Positions 1 through 10,966 of a stretch of DNA of 61,973 nt are shown piece by piece; position 1 is the first letter of the stretch; each line of letters begins with the position of its first letter. Source of the stretch: Flavobacteriales bacterium (GTDB lineage Bacteria; Bacteroidota; Bacteroidia; Flavobacteriales; JADGDT01). The DNA lies in contig JAGLEB010000091.1 of NCBI GenBank assembly GCA_023145275.1, forward strand, positions 1-61,973, written 5' to 3'. A model generated the notes under the pieces. That model had not been told where the DNA came from. It saw only the letters and a program-made list of their open reading frames with translations, and searched no databases. Made by a program: the position numbers and the translations under genes.

Positions 1-318
1 GAAAACCTAGCGAACCTCACGAGTACAAAAAAAGAAAAATCAGCTCAAAGAAAAGAAATTGCAGCTAAAAGTGAATTTTTATTAAACTTATCCTATATAA
101 CTAACGAGGTGGGAAACGACCTTGAAAGTGCAAAAAGATTAGACAGACTAAAATTTAGGAATAATAATGAAGCCGCTATTTCTAATTGGGAGCATACAGC
201 TAGAAAACTTAAATCCCTTAAAAAGAATCTTCCAAATAAAGATCAGGATTATATTAATAGATATGACAATATGCTTACTGACCTCGACTTAATGATTAGA
301 GTTTTAAGCCTTTTTTAG
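1..318 (+). CDS. C-terminal fragment of a hypothetical protein (5' end lies outside the window)
   Basis: Frame 1 is open from base 1 to the TAG at 316-318, so the track start at 109 is internal. No family recognised. Confidence 0.4.
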   Translation, partial: ENLANLTSTKKEKSAQRKEIAAKSEFLLNLSYITNEVGNDLESAKRLDRLKFRNNNEAAISNWEHTARKLKSLKKNLPNKDQDYINRYDNMLTDLDLMIRVLSLF

Positions 319-361
319 AATTACCATTATTTTACTCCATAAGGAAACTACCTTATATCTA

Positions 362-2560
362 TTACTTAAAATTTCGTTTCAACACCCTATCATCATTCAA
401 TTTTATCTGCGTGAGAATAAGCGATGCTTTTTTGTCGCCAATCATTGTTTTAACATTATATGGAAACACAAGATTTTCGAAAGTCTTAAAGTCTGAATAT
501 TCAAAATAATTAAGAAGTTCGTTTGTTCTTTTATCAATTTTATCTCTACGTATTAAATAACCGTCTGATATCCTAAAATACAGCAATGAGACATCTCCAA
601 TCGGAGATTCAACCCTAACTTTGTAACACATTTCTCCTCTAAGAGGTATCTGACTCTCGAGTGTCATCAAATATCCATCGTCTTGGAAGTACATTTCAGG
701 GTATATGCTTTTCTCTAGCGACAACCTCATAAACTCTTTCCCGATTATTGGATCTCTTTTCCCACTTTTCTCTACATATCCATACTCTCCATTAAAAACA
801 GTCTTTAGAACTATAATTTCATTATTAGAGTACGTACTCAACCTCTTATGAGGAAGCATATATTTATTTTTTATATACAGCTTGCTTCCTTCTATCTCAA
901 GCATCCACCACTGCAGTAATTTTTTAACACTTTTTAAATTATCTACCCCTCCAATTACATTAAGGTACTTGTTAATAACATCATTTACATTAACACTATC
1001 AGGAACAGATCTATCTAAGGACGGAGGAAAGGTAGGATTTGCATGCTGATCATAATATTTTATAGGATAACCTAACTGCTCAAGTTTAGGAACTGCAACC
1101 TGCGGTGGACCACTAATAACAATACGCAATTGCTCAGGCTTTATTCTCTGTCTCAACAATCTCGAAATAGTTGAATATTTCACTGTATCCATTACACTCA
1201 TTAAATTTTTCACTAAATACTTATCTTCACCAGTTAAATAATAAAGCAAATATAAATTTGATAGCTTTTGGGCATCCATTAAACCACTTACGTAAGCATC
1301 AATCGTGGCACCTTCAACCTCTTCTAAGTCAATGTTTTCAGGGGTTTTATCGGACAAAGCTCTATCTAGTACTTTTATACTTTTTAGCACTGAAAGAGCA
1401 ACACTATCTTTACTTACTGAATAACTTATATAAAAATACCGTCCTCTGTCGTGTAAAGAATGTTCAAGATTACTAACTGTATGCCCATTTTCTAATTCAT
1501 TATAAATAAGGCCTTCTTTTTCATCTAATAACACGAAATCTCCAACTTTACCAATAATCCAATTAGAACGAGATGCATTATTCTCTTCAACGTTACCCAT
1601 CCAAACATGTAGCCTATCATCGTTATAATTTTCTACATAATCTATTTCAGTTTGATGAATATTATAAGGCTGAGGATAGTATCCGCTAATTGTGTTGCCT
1701 TTTCTATAATTCCCAAAATACTTTTCCACCGACTTATTCAGCTCTTTCAATGTAATATCTCCATAAACAACAAGGTAAGAATTATTGGTATTATAGTAAG
1801 ATTTGAAATAATTATAGACATCTGATTTTTGTAAACTATCAACATTCTCAAGAAGAGTCATTTCTCCAATAGGATGCTTAGTCCCGAACATTAGGTTTTT
1901 CGCAACAGTTTCAGAAATATATTCGTTTGAATTACTATTAAAATAAAGACTGTCAATAATTTTAGTTTTACTCTCTTGAAATTTATCTTCTTTAAAACCC
2001 ATACCTAGAGTTAGGTCAGCCAAGATATATAGATTTTTCTCCTTATACTTCTCTAATCCTTCAATAAAAACAGACTGTTCGCTTACATCAATACGAGTAC
2101 CTGTACGGTATTTATGATCCTCAATATTTTTATTATTGAATGCTCTGCCGCCATATCCCCAAAGGTCGTTAAAAATTAAGTCAACCCCTTTTTTGTCATC
2201 TAACAAAACCTCATCAAAGTCGAAATACATCTTGTAAGAAACAAACGGAAGTTTATCATTATGTACTAATATTACCTTTAAGCCATTTGTAAGAACAAAA
2301 GTCTGAGGTTTAATCATTTTAAAAGCCTTGTATTCTCCATCTTTCGGCCTAGGCCTCGATTTTGTAGTATCAAGAGATATGCTATAGAACTTTTCAGCAA
2401 CAACATTGCTGCTATCGCTATAATCATTAACAACATTATACTCTCCAGGCTTACGTAACGAATCCAGATCTTTTAACCCTCCAACGTTGGAAGAATCTAT
2501 CTGTGAAAACACATTAGTAACAGACAGTACAAATAGTATGATTATAAAAATTCTACTCAT
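362..2560 (-). CDS. Secreted M16 (pitrilysin)-like protein, probably non-catalytic, with an extra C-terminal beta-rich domain
   Basis: N-terminal signal peptide (MSRIFIIILFVLSVTNVFSQ). M16-like fold signatures (LKVILVHNDKLPFVSYKMYF, YYNTNNSYLVVYGDI). No HxxEH zinc motif found by eye. Confidence 0.5.
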   Translation of the reverse strand: MSRIFIIILFVLSVTNVFSQIDSSNVGGLKDLDSLRKPGEYNVVNDYSDSSNVVAEKFYSISLDTTKSRPRPKDGEYKAFKMIKPQTFVLTNGLKVILVHNDKLPFVSYKMYFDFDEVLLDDKKGVDLIFNDLWGYGGRAFNNKNIEDHKYRTGTRIDVSEQSVFIEGLEKYKEKNLYILADLTLGMGFKEDKFQESKTKIIDSLYFNSNSNEYISETVAKNLMFGTKHPIGEMTLLENVDSLQKSDVYNYFKSYYNTNNSYLVVYGDITLKELNKSVEKYFGNYRKGNTISGYYPQPYNIHQTEIDYVENYNDDRLHVWMGNVEENNASRSNWIIGKVGDFVLLDEKEGLIYNELENGHTVSNLEHSLHDRGRYFYISYSVSKDSVALSVLKSIKVLDRALSDKTPENIDLEEVEGATIDAYVSGLMDAQKLSNLYLLYYLTGEDKYLVKNLMSVMDTVKYSTISRLLRQRIKPEQLRIVISGPPQVAVPKLEQLGYPIKYYDQHANPTFPPSLDRSVPDSVNVNDVINKYLNVIGGVDNLKSVKKLLQWWMLEIEGSKLYIKNKYMLPHKRLSTYSNNEIIVLKTVFNGEYGYVEKSGKRDPIIGKEFMRLSLEKSIYPEMYFQDDGYLMTLESQIPLRGEMCYKVRVESPIGDVSLLYFRISDGYLIRRDKIDKRTNELLNYFEYSDFKTFENLVFPYNVKTMIGDKKASLILTQIKLNDDRVLKRNFK

Positions 2561-2735
2561 ATAATTTATAAATATAACAATTACTCTATTAACTTTTTAT
2601 AATATACAAATTTCGACAAATTGCATTAAGAACAAAACAATAATCTTTCAAAAAAAAGTCGTAAAATTGTATTAACTAATAAAAGTGAATATAATAGTTC
2701 CTTTTTTAACTAAAATTACCATAAAACAACATTTT

Positions 2736-4178
2736 ATGAAAATACTAAGATTATTTATAATTCCGTTTTTTGCTATTGCTTTTTCACTCACTTCATGTTA
2801 CAAAGATAAAGATGAACCAATTAATGGAGGGCAAGATTCTGAGGCTTTAAGCGTAAACAAATTTATACTTGAGAACATGACCAATTACTACTTGTGGACA
2901 GATCATATCCCAGGTAATTTGGATCCATCAAGTACTGACGATTCGAAAGCATTTTTCGAAAAAATGAGGTATAAAGGAGTTGGAGATGACACAAAGGGAG
3001 ATCCTTGGTCGTTTATCACTGATGACTTGCAAGGACTTTTAGAAATGTTTGAAGGTATAAGAACATCAAAAGGATACTATTTATATGGTTATAGTCGAGG
3101 GGAAAACGACGACAGATTAGCTCTTGTTGTAGCATATGCCTACAATAATTCTCCAGCTTCTGAAGCTGGGCTAACAAGAGGAAGTGTAATATTAGAAATA
3201 GATGGTAATGATTTAACAAGTGCTAACGTAAACCAATTCCTTTCAAAAGAATCTTACTCTATTACTCTAGGAGAATATGATAGAGAAAATGAAACTTTCA
3301 TACTTTTAGACGAAACTAGAACATTAACAGCTGTTGAACTATCTACTAATCCTATCATTAAAAGTGAGATCTATGATATAAAAGGGACTAAAATCGCATA
3401 TCTATTATACAATTCTTTTATCCATAAATACGACAGAGAGCTAATTTATGAATTTGAAAAATATAAGGCTGAAGGTGTAAGTGAATTAATTTTAGACTTT
3501 AGATACAATGGTGGAGGCTCAGTAGCAAGTGCTTTAAACATTTCGAGCATGATTGCTCCAAAGTCGGATATTGGAAAAGTTTTTCTGAAAAAAGAATACA
3601 ATACTGTTCTACAAGACTACTTATTAAACCATCCTAACTACGGAGAGGACTTTTTAGAAGACAAACTTACAAGCGAAGCCTATGGATATGGCGAGGATGA
3701 TGACATTACAGGAATGCCATTAACTAACTTAGATTTAGACCGTGTTTATATTATTGGGCTTGATGGTACTGCTTCAGCAAGTGAGTTGGTAATTAATGGT
3801 CTGAAACCATATATGAATGTCATAACTCTGGGAGATAGAACTCATGGAAAGTACGTTGCGAGTATCACGATTCAGGACGAAACTTACGACAATTGGGCTA
3901 TTCAGCCAATCGTATTCAAAAGTGCAAACGCTAATGGCGAAACAGATTATTGGAACGGGTTTACACCAGCCTTAGAAGCAAGTGACTGGCCTCATTTAGG
4001 AGATTTTGGCATTGATAAAGAAAATAACTATGTAGAACATATTCTTGCATTTGCCATTGCTGACATCACAGGATCAAGTGCTAAGTCAATAGAAAATATT
4101 GACATTGAAAAAAGCAGTGTAAAAATGCCATTCGAAAACTCTAAATTGGATAGAGGAATGGTTTATGATATAAAATAG
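2736..4178 (+). CDS. S41 family peptidase lipoprotein
   Basis: S41 motifs ILDFRYNGGGSV and GTASASELVINGL. Lipobox-like SLTSC after a signal peptide. I prefer the ATG at 2736 (MKILRLFIIPFF) over the track start at 2685. Confidence 0.75.
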   Translation: MKILRLFIIPFFAIAFSLTSCYKDKDEPINGGQDSEALSVNKFILENMTNYYLWTDHIPGNLDPSSTDDSKAFFEKMRYKGVGDDTKGDPWSFITDDLQGLLEMFEGIRTSKGYYLYGYSRGENDDRLALVVAYAYNNSPASEAGLTRGSVILEIDGNDLTSANVNQFLSKESYSITLGEYDRENETFILLDETRTLTAVELSTNPIIKSEIYDIKGTKIAYLLYNSFIHKYDRELIYEFEKYKAEGVSELILDFRYNGGGSVASALNISSMIAPKSDIGKVFLKKEYNTVLQDYLLNHPNYGEDFLEDKLTSEAYGYGEDDDITGMPLTNLDLDRVYIIGLDGTASASELVINGLKPYMNVITLGDRTHGKYVASITIQDETYDNWAIQPIVFKSANANGETDYWNGFTPALEASDWPHLGDFGIDKENNYVEHILAFAIADITGSSAKSIENIDIEKSSVKMPFENSKLDRGMVYDIK

Positions 4179-4376
4179 ATTAATAAATAGTCGCTATAAG
4201 AAAACATCAATTTCTTCGGTGAACTTGATATTTCCTTAAAACCATTGTAAAACAAAGATAGCTTTCATACAAGCACTAGATAAAGTTTCACAAAAGCGAT
4301 ATTTTTCATACACTTAAGCGACCAAGACTATTGATTATTTACATTTCAATAACTTGGTCGTTTAAAATATAATACT

Positions 4377-4384
4377 TACTTTTG
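4377..4384 (+). promoter_or_regulatory. Bacteroidota-type -7 box TACTTTTG upstream of rplU
   Basis: Exact TAnnTTTG match about 53 nt upstream of the rplU ATG. TTG at 4354-4356 sits at a -33-like spacing. Confidence 0.4.
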
Positions 4385-4436
4385 CAGACCGTTACAAAAA
4401 CGGAAAGTATATTATTAACATTAAGATATTCTTAAT

Positions 4437-4748
4437 ATGTACGCAATTGTAGAGATAGCAGGGCATCAGTACAAAGTTGAGAAAGACCAATCAATCTTTG
4501 TTCACAGATTAAAGGGAGACGTAGATTCAGCAGTTGAATTTGCAAACGTTCTTTTGATTGACAACAACGGAGATGTAGCGATTGGCGCCCCAGCTGTAAA
4601 AGGAGCTAAAGTAGAGGCTAAAATTATTGAGCACTTGAAAGGCGACAAAGTAATCGTTTTCAAAAAGAAAAGAAGACAAGGTTACAAAAAGAAAAATGGA
4701 CACCGTCAGTATTTGACTAAAATCCAGATCAGCAACATCGTTGCTTAA
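4437..4748 (+). CDS. rplU: 50S ribosomal protein L21
   Basis: MYAIVEIAGHQYKV N-terminus and the size are typical of L21. It lies directly upstream of L27. Confidence 0.95.
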   Translation: MYAIVEIAGHQYKVEKDQSIFVHRLKGDVDSAVEFANVLLIDNNGDVAIGAPAVKGAKVEAKIIEHLKGDKVIVFKKKRRQGYKKKNGHRQYLTKIQISNIVA

Positions 4749-4784
4749 TTCAAACATTTATTAATAATTTAAAATCGTAGAACG

Positions 4785-5057
4785 ATGGCACACAAAAAAG
4801 GAGTTGGTAGTTCTAAGAACGGTAGAGAATCGGAAAGTAAACGTCTTGGAGTTAAGATTTTCGGTGGTCAAGCTGCAATAGCTGGCAATATTATCGTTCG
4901 CCAGAGAGGTACAACACACAATCCAGGGGATAACGTAGGTATGGGAAAAGATCATACTCTTTACGCTTTAACTGATGGTGTAGTTACTTTCAAGAAGAAA
5001 AGAAACAACAGATCTTACGTTTCAGTTCAGCCTTTCGCTGAAGAAGCTGAAGCTTAA
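4785..5057 (+). CDS. rpmA: 50S ribosomal protein L27
   Basis: [24 protein letters not shown] is the canonical L27 N-terminus. Confidence 0.95.
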   Translation: MAHKKGVGSSKNGRESESKRLGVKIFGGQAAIAGNIIVRQRGTTHNPGDNVGMGKDHTLYALTDGVVTFKKKRNNRSYVSVQPFAEEAEA

Positions 5058-5083
5058 AAATCTAAGTATCAATGATACTGTAA

Positions 5084-5115
5084 AAGCTCTCAATTTATAT
5101 TGAGGGCTTTTTTTA
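5084..5115 (+). terminator. Rho-independent terminator after rpmA
   Basis: Stem AAGCTCTCAA / TGAGGGCTT (one G.U pair) followed by TTTTTT. Confidence 0.6.
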
Positions 5116-5149
5116 TACCCAGTAAATTATGGCACATAAATATCAAAGC

Positions 5150-6499
5150 TTATAATTTCGTTATCTTCTTATACTCAGGATGCATCAATTTTAATGTTAA
5201 TAAAGTAGAAAGCATATCCGAAATTGGAAAGGAAATCCATATTCCATCAATTCCCAAAAATTGTGGTAAAATAAAGATAAGAGGCAGCAAGAAAATAATT
5301 TGACGAGCTAAGGTTAAAAACAATGCAGGTTTAGCTCGGCCTATAGCTTGAAAAAATGAGGCCCCAAGCATTTGAATACCAACCAGAGGTATCACGATCA
5401 TCACAATTACCAAATACCTCGATCCTGGAACTATTAGCAATTCATCATTAGTGAAAATTTCAAACACCTCTCGAGGAAAAATCGACATTAGCAACAAACT
5501 AGCAACTCCTATAGCAAAAGCAGTAACAAATGAGATTTTTATAGTAGATATTACCCTCTCGAATTTTTTTGCTCCATAATTATACCCAACAATAGGTAAA
5601 AAACCTTGCACCAATCCTATCATAGGAAAAACTGACATGAGCATAACCCTATTTAGAATCCCATATGCAGCCACATCCATTTCACTACCATAACTCATTA
5701 AACTATGGTTAACTAATATAGCAACTAAACTAGACGAGCCTTGACGTGCAAAAGAAGACGAACCGATACTCAAAACTTCCTTTACCCTATCTATATCTAG
5801 CTTAAGGTAAGGTATACGTAATTTAACAGAGCTTTTTCCTGACGCAATAAAATAGTATGCAATAAATATAAATGTTAAAACTTGCGATATCAATGTTGCC
5901 CATGCAGCACCTGCGATCCCCTGATTCATCCATATTATTAAAACATAATCGAGAATTAAGTTTAAGATAGACGAAATAATCATTACCACCATCGACATTC
6001 TTGCATTACCTTCTGACCTAATAATATTATTCCCAGCCATAGAGAGTCCGAGGAAAGGCGATCCTGCTAAAACTATCAAATAATACTCACGAGCATAGGG
6101 AAGTATTTCGCCATCACCTCCAAACAGTTTTAAAATAGTATCCGGAAAAATATATCCAATCACAGTAAACAGTACCGTAAACGAGAATGTAAGCATCAGT
6201 AAATTCCCAAAAACAACATTAGCCTTTTTTGATTCTCCGGATCCCAAATACCTCGATATCAGCGATGATCCACCAACACCTAAGGCCATACCTACGGCAG
6301 AAATAAGCATAGTAATCGGCATTACAATTGCCAAACCTCCTATTGCCAAGGATCCAACATACTTAGCAACAAAAATAGTATCCACAACATTGTAAAGAAC
6401 CATTACCATCATTCCTATAGTTGCAGGAACAGATAATCGAGTCAATAGCTTTCCAATGCTAAGGCTCCCAAGTTCATCTGTATGTGATTGTATTTTCAT
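5150..6499 (-). CDS. MATE family efflux transporter
   Basis: 449 aa with about 12 predicted TM segments and a typical MATE N-terminal pattern (LLTRLSVPATIGMMVMVLYNVVDTIFV). Confidence 0.85.
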   Translation of the reverse strand: MKIQSHTDELGSLSIGKLLTRLSVPATIGMMVMVLYNVVDTIFVAKYVGSLAIGGLAIVMPITMLISAVGMALGVGGSSLISRYLGSGESKKANVVFGNLLMLTFSFTVLFTVIGYIFPDTILKLFGGDGEILPYAREYYLIVLAGSPFLGLSMAGNNIIRSEGNARMSMVVMIISSILNLILDYVLIIWMNQGIAGAAWATLISQVLTFIFIAYYFIASGKSSVKLRIPYLKLDIDRVKEVLSIGSSSFARQGSSSLVAILVNHSLMSYGSEMDVAAYGILNRVMLMSVFPMIGLVQGFLPIVGYNYGAKKFERVISTIKISFVTAFAIGVASLLLMSIFPREVFEIFTNDELLIVPGSRYLVIVMIVIPLVGIQMLGASFFQAIGRAKPALFLTLARQIIFLLPLIFILPQFLGIDGIWISFPISDMLSTLLTLKLMHPEYKKITKL

Positions 6500-6502
6500 A
6501 AA

Positions 6503-7012
6503 TTATAATAACTTGTCTATTATTTCTTTCATCGAATAAAAATCAACGCTTCCGACAATTTCATCCACTAAGTTACCATTTTTATCAACTATAAATTGAG
6601 TCGGAAAGGAAGAAACTTTATTTTGATCAATAAATTTTTCTCCATCAGCAATAAGCTTGTACTTAAATGGATGCATATATGTAAACCCTTCAACCTCATC
6701 AGCACCATTTAATGAAACTCCAATAAATACAACATTCTTGTTGGCGTAGGAGTCTACCAATTTATTGAGTTCTGGTATTTCTTTTTTACAGGGAGGGCAC
6801 GATGTGAACCAAAAATTGAATACAACTACACTTCCCCTCAACTCATTACTCTTCCAAGTATTTCCATCGATATCTGTTAGAGAAAAATCTATTCTAGTAG
6901 GTACATTTTCGGTATACGAACCGAAAACTATTGGGCCGATAAATGTGAATAGCATTGCTAAAAAAAATATTAATGAAGCTCTTTTTATAAGAACAGGCAC
7001 TTTTGATTTCAT
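6503..7012 (-). CDS. TlpA-family thiol:disulfide oxidoreductase (thioredoxin fold)
   Basis: N-terminal membrane anchor and the WFTSCPPCKKEIPEL CxxC motif. Confidence 0.8.
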   Translation of the reverse strand: MKSKVPVLIKRASLIFFLAMLFTFIGPIVFGSYTENVPTRIDFSLTDIDGNTWKSNELRGSVVVFNFWFTSCPPCKKEIPELNKLVDSYANKNVVFIGVSLNGADEVEGFTYMHPFKYKLIADGEKFIDQNKVSSFPTQFIVDKNGNLVDEIVGSVDFYSMKEIIDKLL

Positions 7013-7031
7013 ACTTAAAGGGTTTAAAAAA

Positions 7032-7039
7032 CAAAGATA
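7032..7039 (-). promoter_or_regulatory. -7 box TATCTTTG (minus strand) for the TlpA-like gene
   Basis: Plus-strand CAAAGATA is the reverse complement of a TAnnTTTG match, 20 nt upstream of the start at 7012. Confidence 0.4.
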
Positions 7040-7249
7040 CTTAAAGAATTAAGCTCTAGAAATATTTTTACTCTGTATTTAATCAACCAAGCTGATGAGT
7101 AAGACCAGTAAATAACACGCTCAAAGAATGCGGCATTGACGTAGAGCACACCGTAAAGGACGATAAGGACACGAATTTAGAAATGAAGAGAATAAATTTG
7201 ATTTTTACAGAGCCATGGAAGGCTTCCTAGAGAAGTATCTAAAAACAAG

Positions 7250-7283
7250 ATACAAAACTGCGCGATCCATAAAGACCGCGCAG
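7250..7283 (-). terminator. Rho-independent terminator after icd
   Basis: GC-rich stem CTGCGCG / CGCGCAG (7258-7264 / 7277-7283), followed on the minus strand by TTTTGTATCTTGTTTTT. Confidence 0.6.
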
Positions 7284-7299
7284 TTGATTTATATAATTC

Positions 7300-9540
<2,241 letters not shown>

Positions 9541-9745
9541 TTACATTACGGTCAACGAATTTAAAAAAATACAATGTATAAACCTACTCTACAAAATATG
9601 TATGCATATGATAGATGTCAGGATTAGACAATATATGTGATAATTACGCAATAATACCCCTATATAAACAAGTATTCAATAATACTTGTAAGAAAACAAA
9701 ACTACAATTATTGTATATAAATAATAAATAGCATAATCAAAAAAC

Positions 9746-10291
9746 TTACTTAAAAGCTTTTGCTCTGACAACTGAAACACTATCTAATTTTTCTAAACCT
9801 CTCAACAGGTCCTTTTCCATAGCTGCATCTATACCATTTGCCATAAATTTAAAAAAGAAAGACATTTCACCTTTCATCCCCCATGTAACCTTTGTCCCTC
9901 CTTCAAATTCGTCAAACTTCCAATAAATATTAGATTTCATCTCCCAAGGACTCTTAAAAAATATCAGCTGATCTATAGAAGAATATGGATTCACCGAAAC
10001 AATTTCCATGCCTCCGTCTCCCGACTCTTCCCCCGTCCACGAATACTTAGCACCTACTCCACTCTCGCTTCCAGAATAGGTTTTCTTCATATTCCCATCA
10101 AATCTCTCCTCCCACGGACTCCATTCAGGCCATTGCTTAAAGTCATTGACATACGAATACACAACTTTAGAAGGTGCATCAACAACTCTAGTTCTACTAG
10201 TATCATAACTTCCATCAATCGAAGCTAACCAGATTATAAATACAACAAATAGTAGTGCTAGTGCAATTACGGTATACTTTAATATTTTCAT
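9746..10291 (-). CDS. SRPBCC (START/polyketide-cyclase-like) family protein with an N-terminal membrane anchor
   Basis: Size plus the FKQWPEWSPW and YWKFDEFEGGTKVTW patterns are typical of SRPBCC proteins. Confidence 0.6.
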   Translation of the reverse strand: MKILKYTVIALALLFVVFIIWLASIDGSYDTSRTRVVDAPSKVVYSYVNDFKQWPEWSPWEERFDGNMKKTYSGSESGVGAKYSWTGEESGDGGMEIVSVNPYSSIDQLIFFKSPWEMKSNIYWKFDEFEGGTKVTWGMKGEMSFFFKFMANGIDAAMEKDLLRGLEKLDSVSVVRAKAFK

Positions 10292-10310
10292 TTTTTTACA
10301 GTTTTATTAC

Positions 10311-10661
10311 CTAATTATTTAGTTCTTCTTTCTGTTTTTTGCTAAGATTTGAGACTACCAAATCATACGAATGATCTATTAACTTAATCAATAAACTTTT
10401 CGGAAAATCACCCGAATAGTCAAGCGTATTCCAATGCTTCTTATTCATGTGATAGCCAGGAATAATTGCTTCGTACTGCTCTCGCAGCTCTATTGACCAA
10501 TCAGGATTACATTTTAGATTTATTGATCCCGATTTTTCTAAAGACATTAGCGCAAACATCTTTCCCATCACTTTAAACACTAAAGTTACCTCATCGAATG
10601 GAAAGGATTCGGTACTAGCTTTTTTCGAGATACAAAACGCTCTAACTTCTTCAACATTCAT
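10311..10661 (-). CDS. MmcQ/YjbR family DNA-binding protein
   Basis: 116-aa product starting at MNVEEVRAFCISKK, with YHMNKKHWNTL, matches YjbR family length and motifs. The 69-codon upstream extension in the track covers a structured spacer and is not believed. Confidence 0.7.
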   Translation of the reverse strand: MNVEEVRAFCISKKASTESFPFDEVTLVFKVMGKMFALMSLEKSGSINLKCNPDWSIELREQYEAIIPGYHMNKKHWNTLDYSGDFPKSLLIKLIDHSYDLVVSNLSKKQKEELNN

Positions 10662-10706
10662 ACTATAAAAGTTTCTTAAATATACGAATGATATTTTTAT
10701 TCTTAG

Positions 10707-10900
10707 CTTAAATCCGCAGGTGGTTTCGTTATGAAAAGCTGTAATGTATGCTAGCGTTGGTTTAGCGCAGAAAAAAAGTAATGCAGGCGTATCCATAAAT
10801 ACGGTGAGTAAGTTTTTATAAGCATTTACAATGATGGCGTGCGGTACAGTTTTGTAATAGAAATCCATTTGCGGATTTAAGGCATTAGTTGTTGTTTTTG
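10707..10900 (+). ncRNA. Candidate structured RNA (rod-like fold, identity unknown)
   Basis: Collinear helices: 10707-10723/10865-10881 (17 bp, two G.U), 10724-10727/10860-10863, and 10734-10743/10845-10853. Near-consensus -7 box TATTTTTA at 10692-10699. T-run at 10895-10899. Confidence 0.3.
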
Positions 10901-10966
10901 GTACGATGATTTTAATAACACGCTATTTGATTATTGATACCTAGTCCCGAAGAGAGGGCAGAACTA

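Noticed and set aside
5100-5303. 67-aa plus-strand ORF beginning in the rpmA terminator
   Set aside because: It starts inside the terminator hairpin and runs antisense to the 3' end of the MATE transporter gene.
7092-7099. CTGATGAG, the hammerhead ribozyme core box, in the icd / TlpA-like spacer
   Set aside because: No stem II followed by a GAAA(C) box, and no pairing arms or cleavage-site context, could be built from the flanking sequence. A lone 8-mer is expected by chance.
10829-10848. ATGATGGCGTGCGG, vaguely reminiscent of fluoride (crcB) riboswitch sequence
   Set aside because: Only a short partial resemblance. No pseudoknot partners are present, no fluoride-related gene lies downstream, and the ClC genes in the window are far away and not of the ClC-F type.
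10662-10868. 69-codon N-terminal extension of the YjbR-like ORF in the six-frame track (MDFYYKTVPH...)
   Set aside because: YjbR/MmcQ proteins are about 115-120 aa, and MNVEEVRAF at 10661 gives exactly that. The extension has no protein-like character and coincides with the folded intergenic element.
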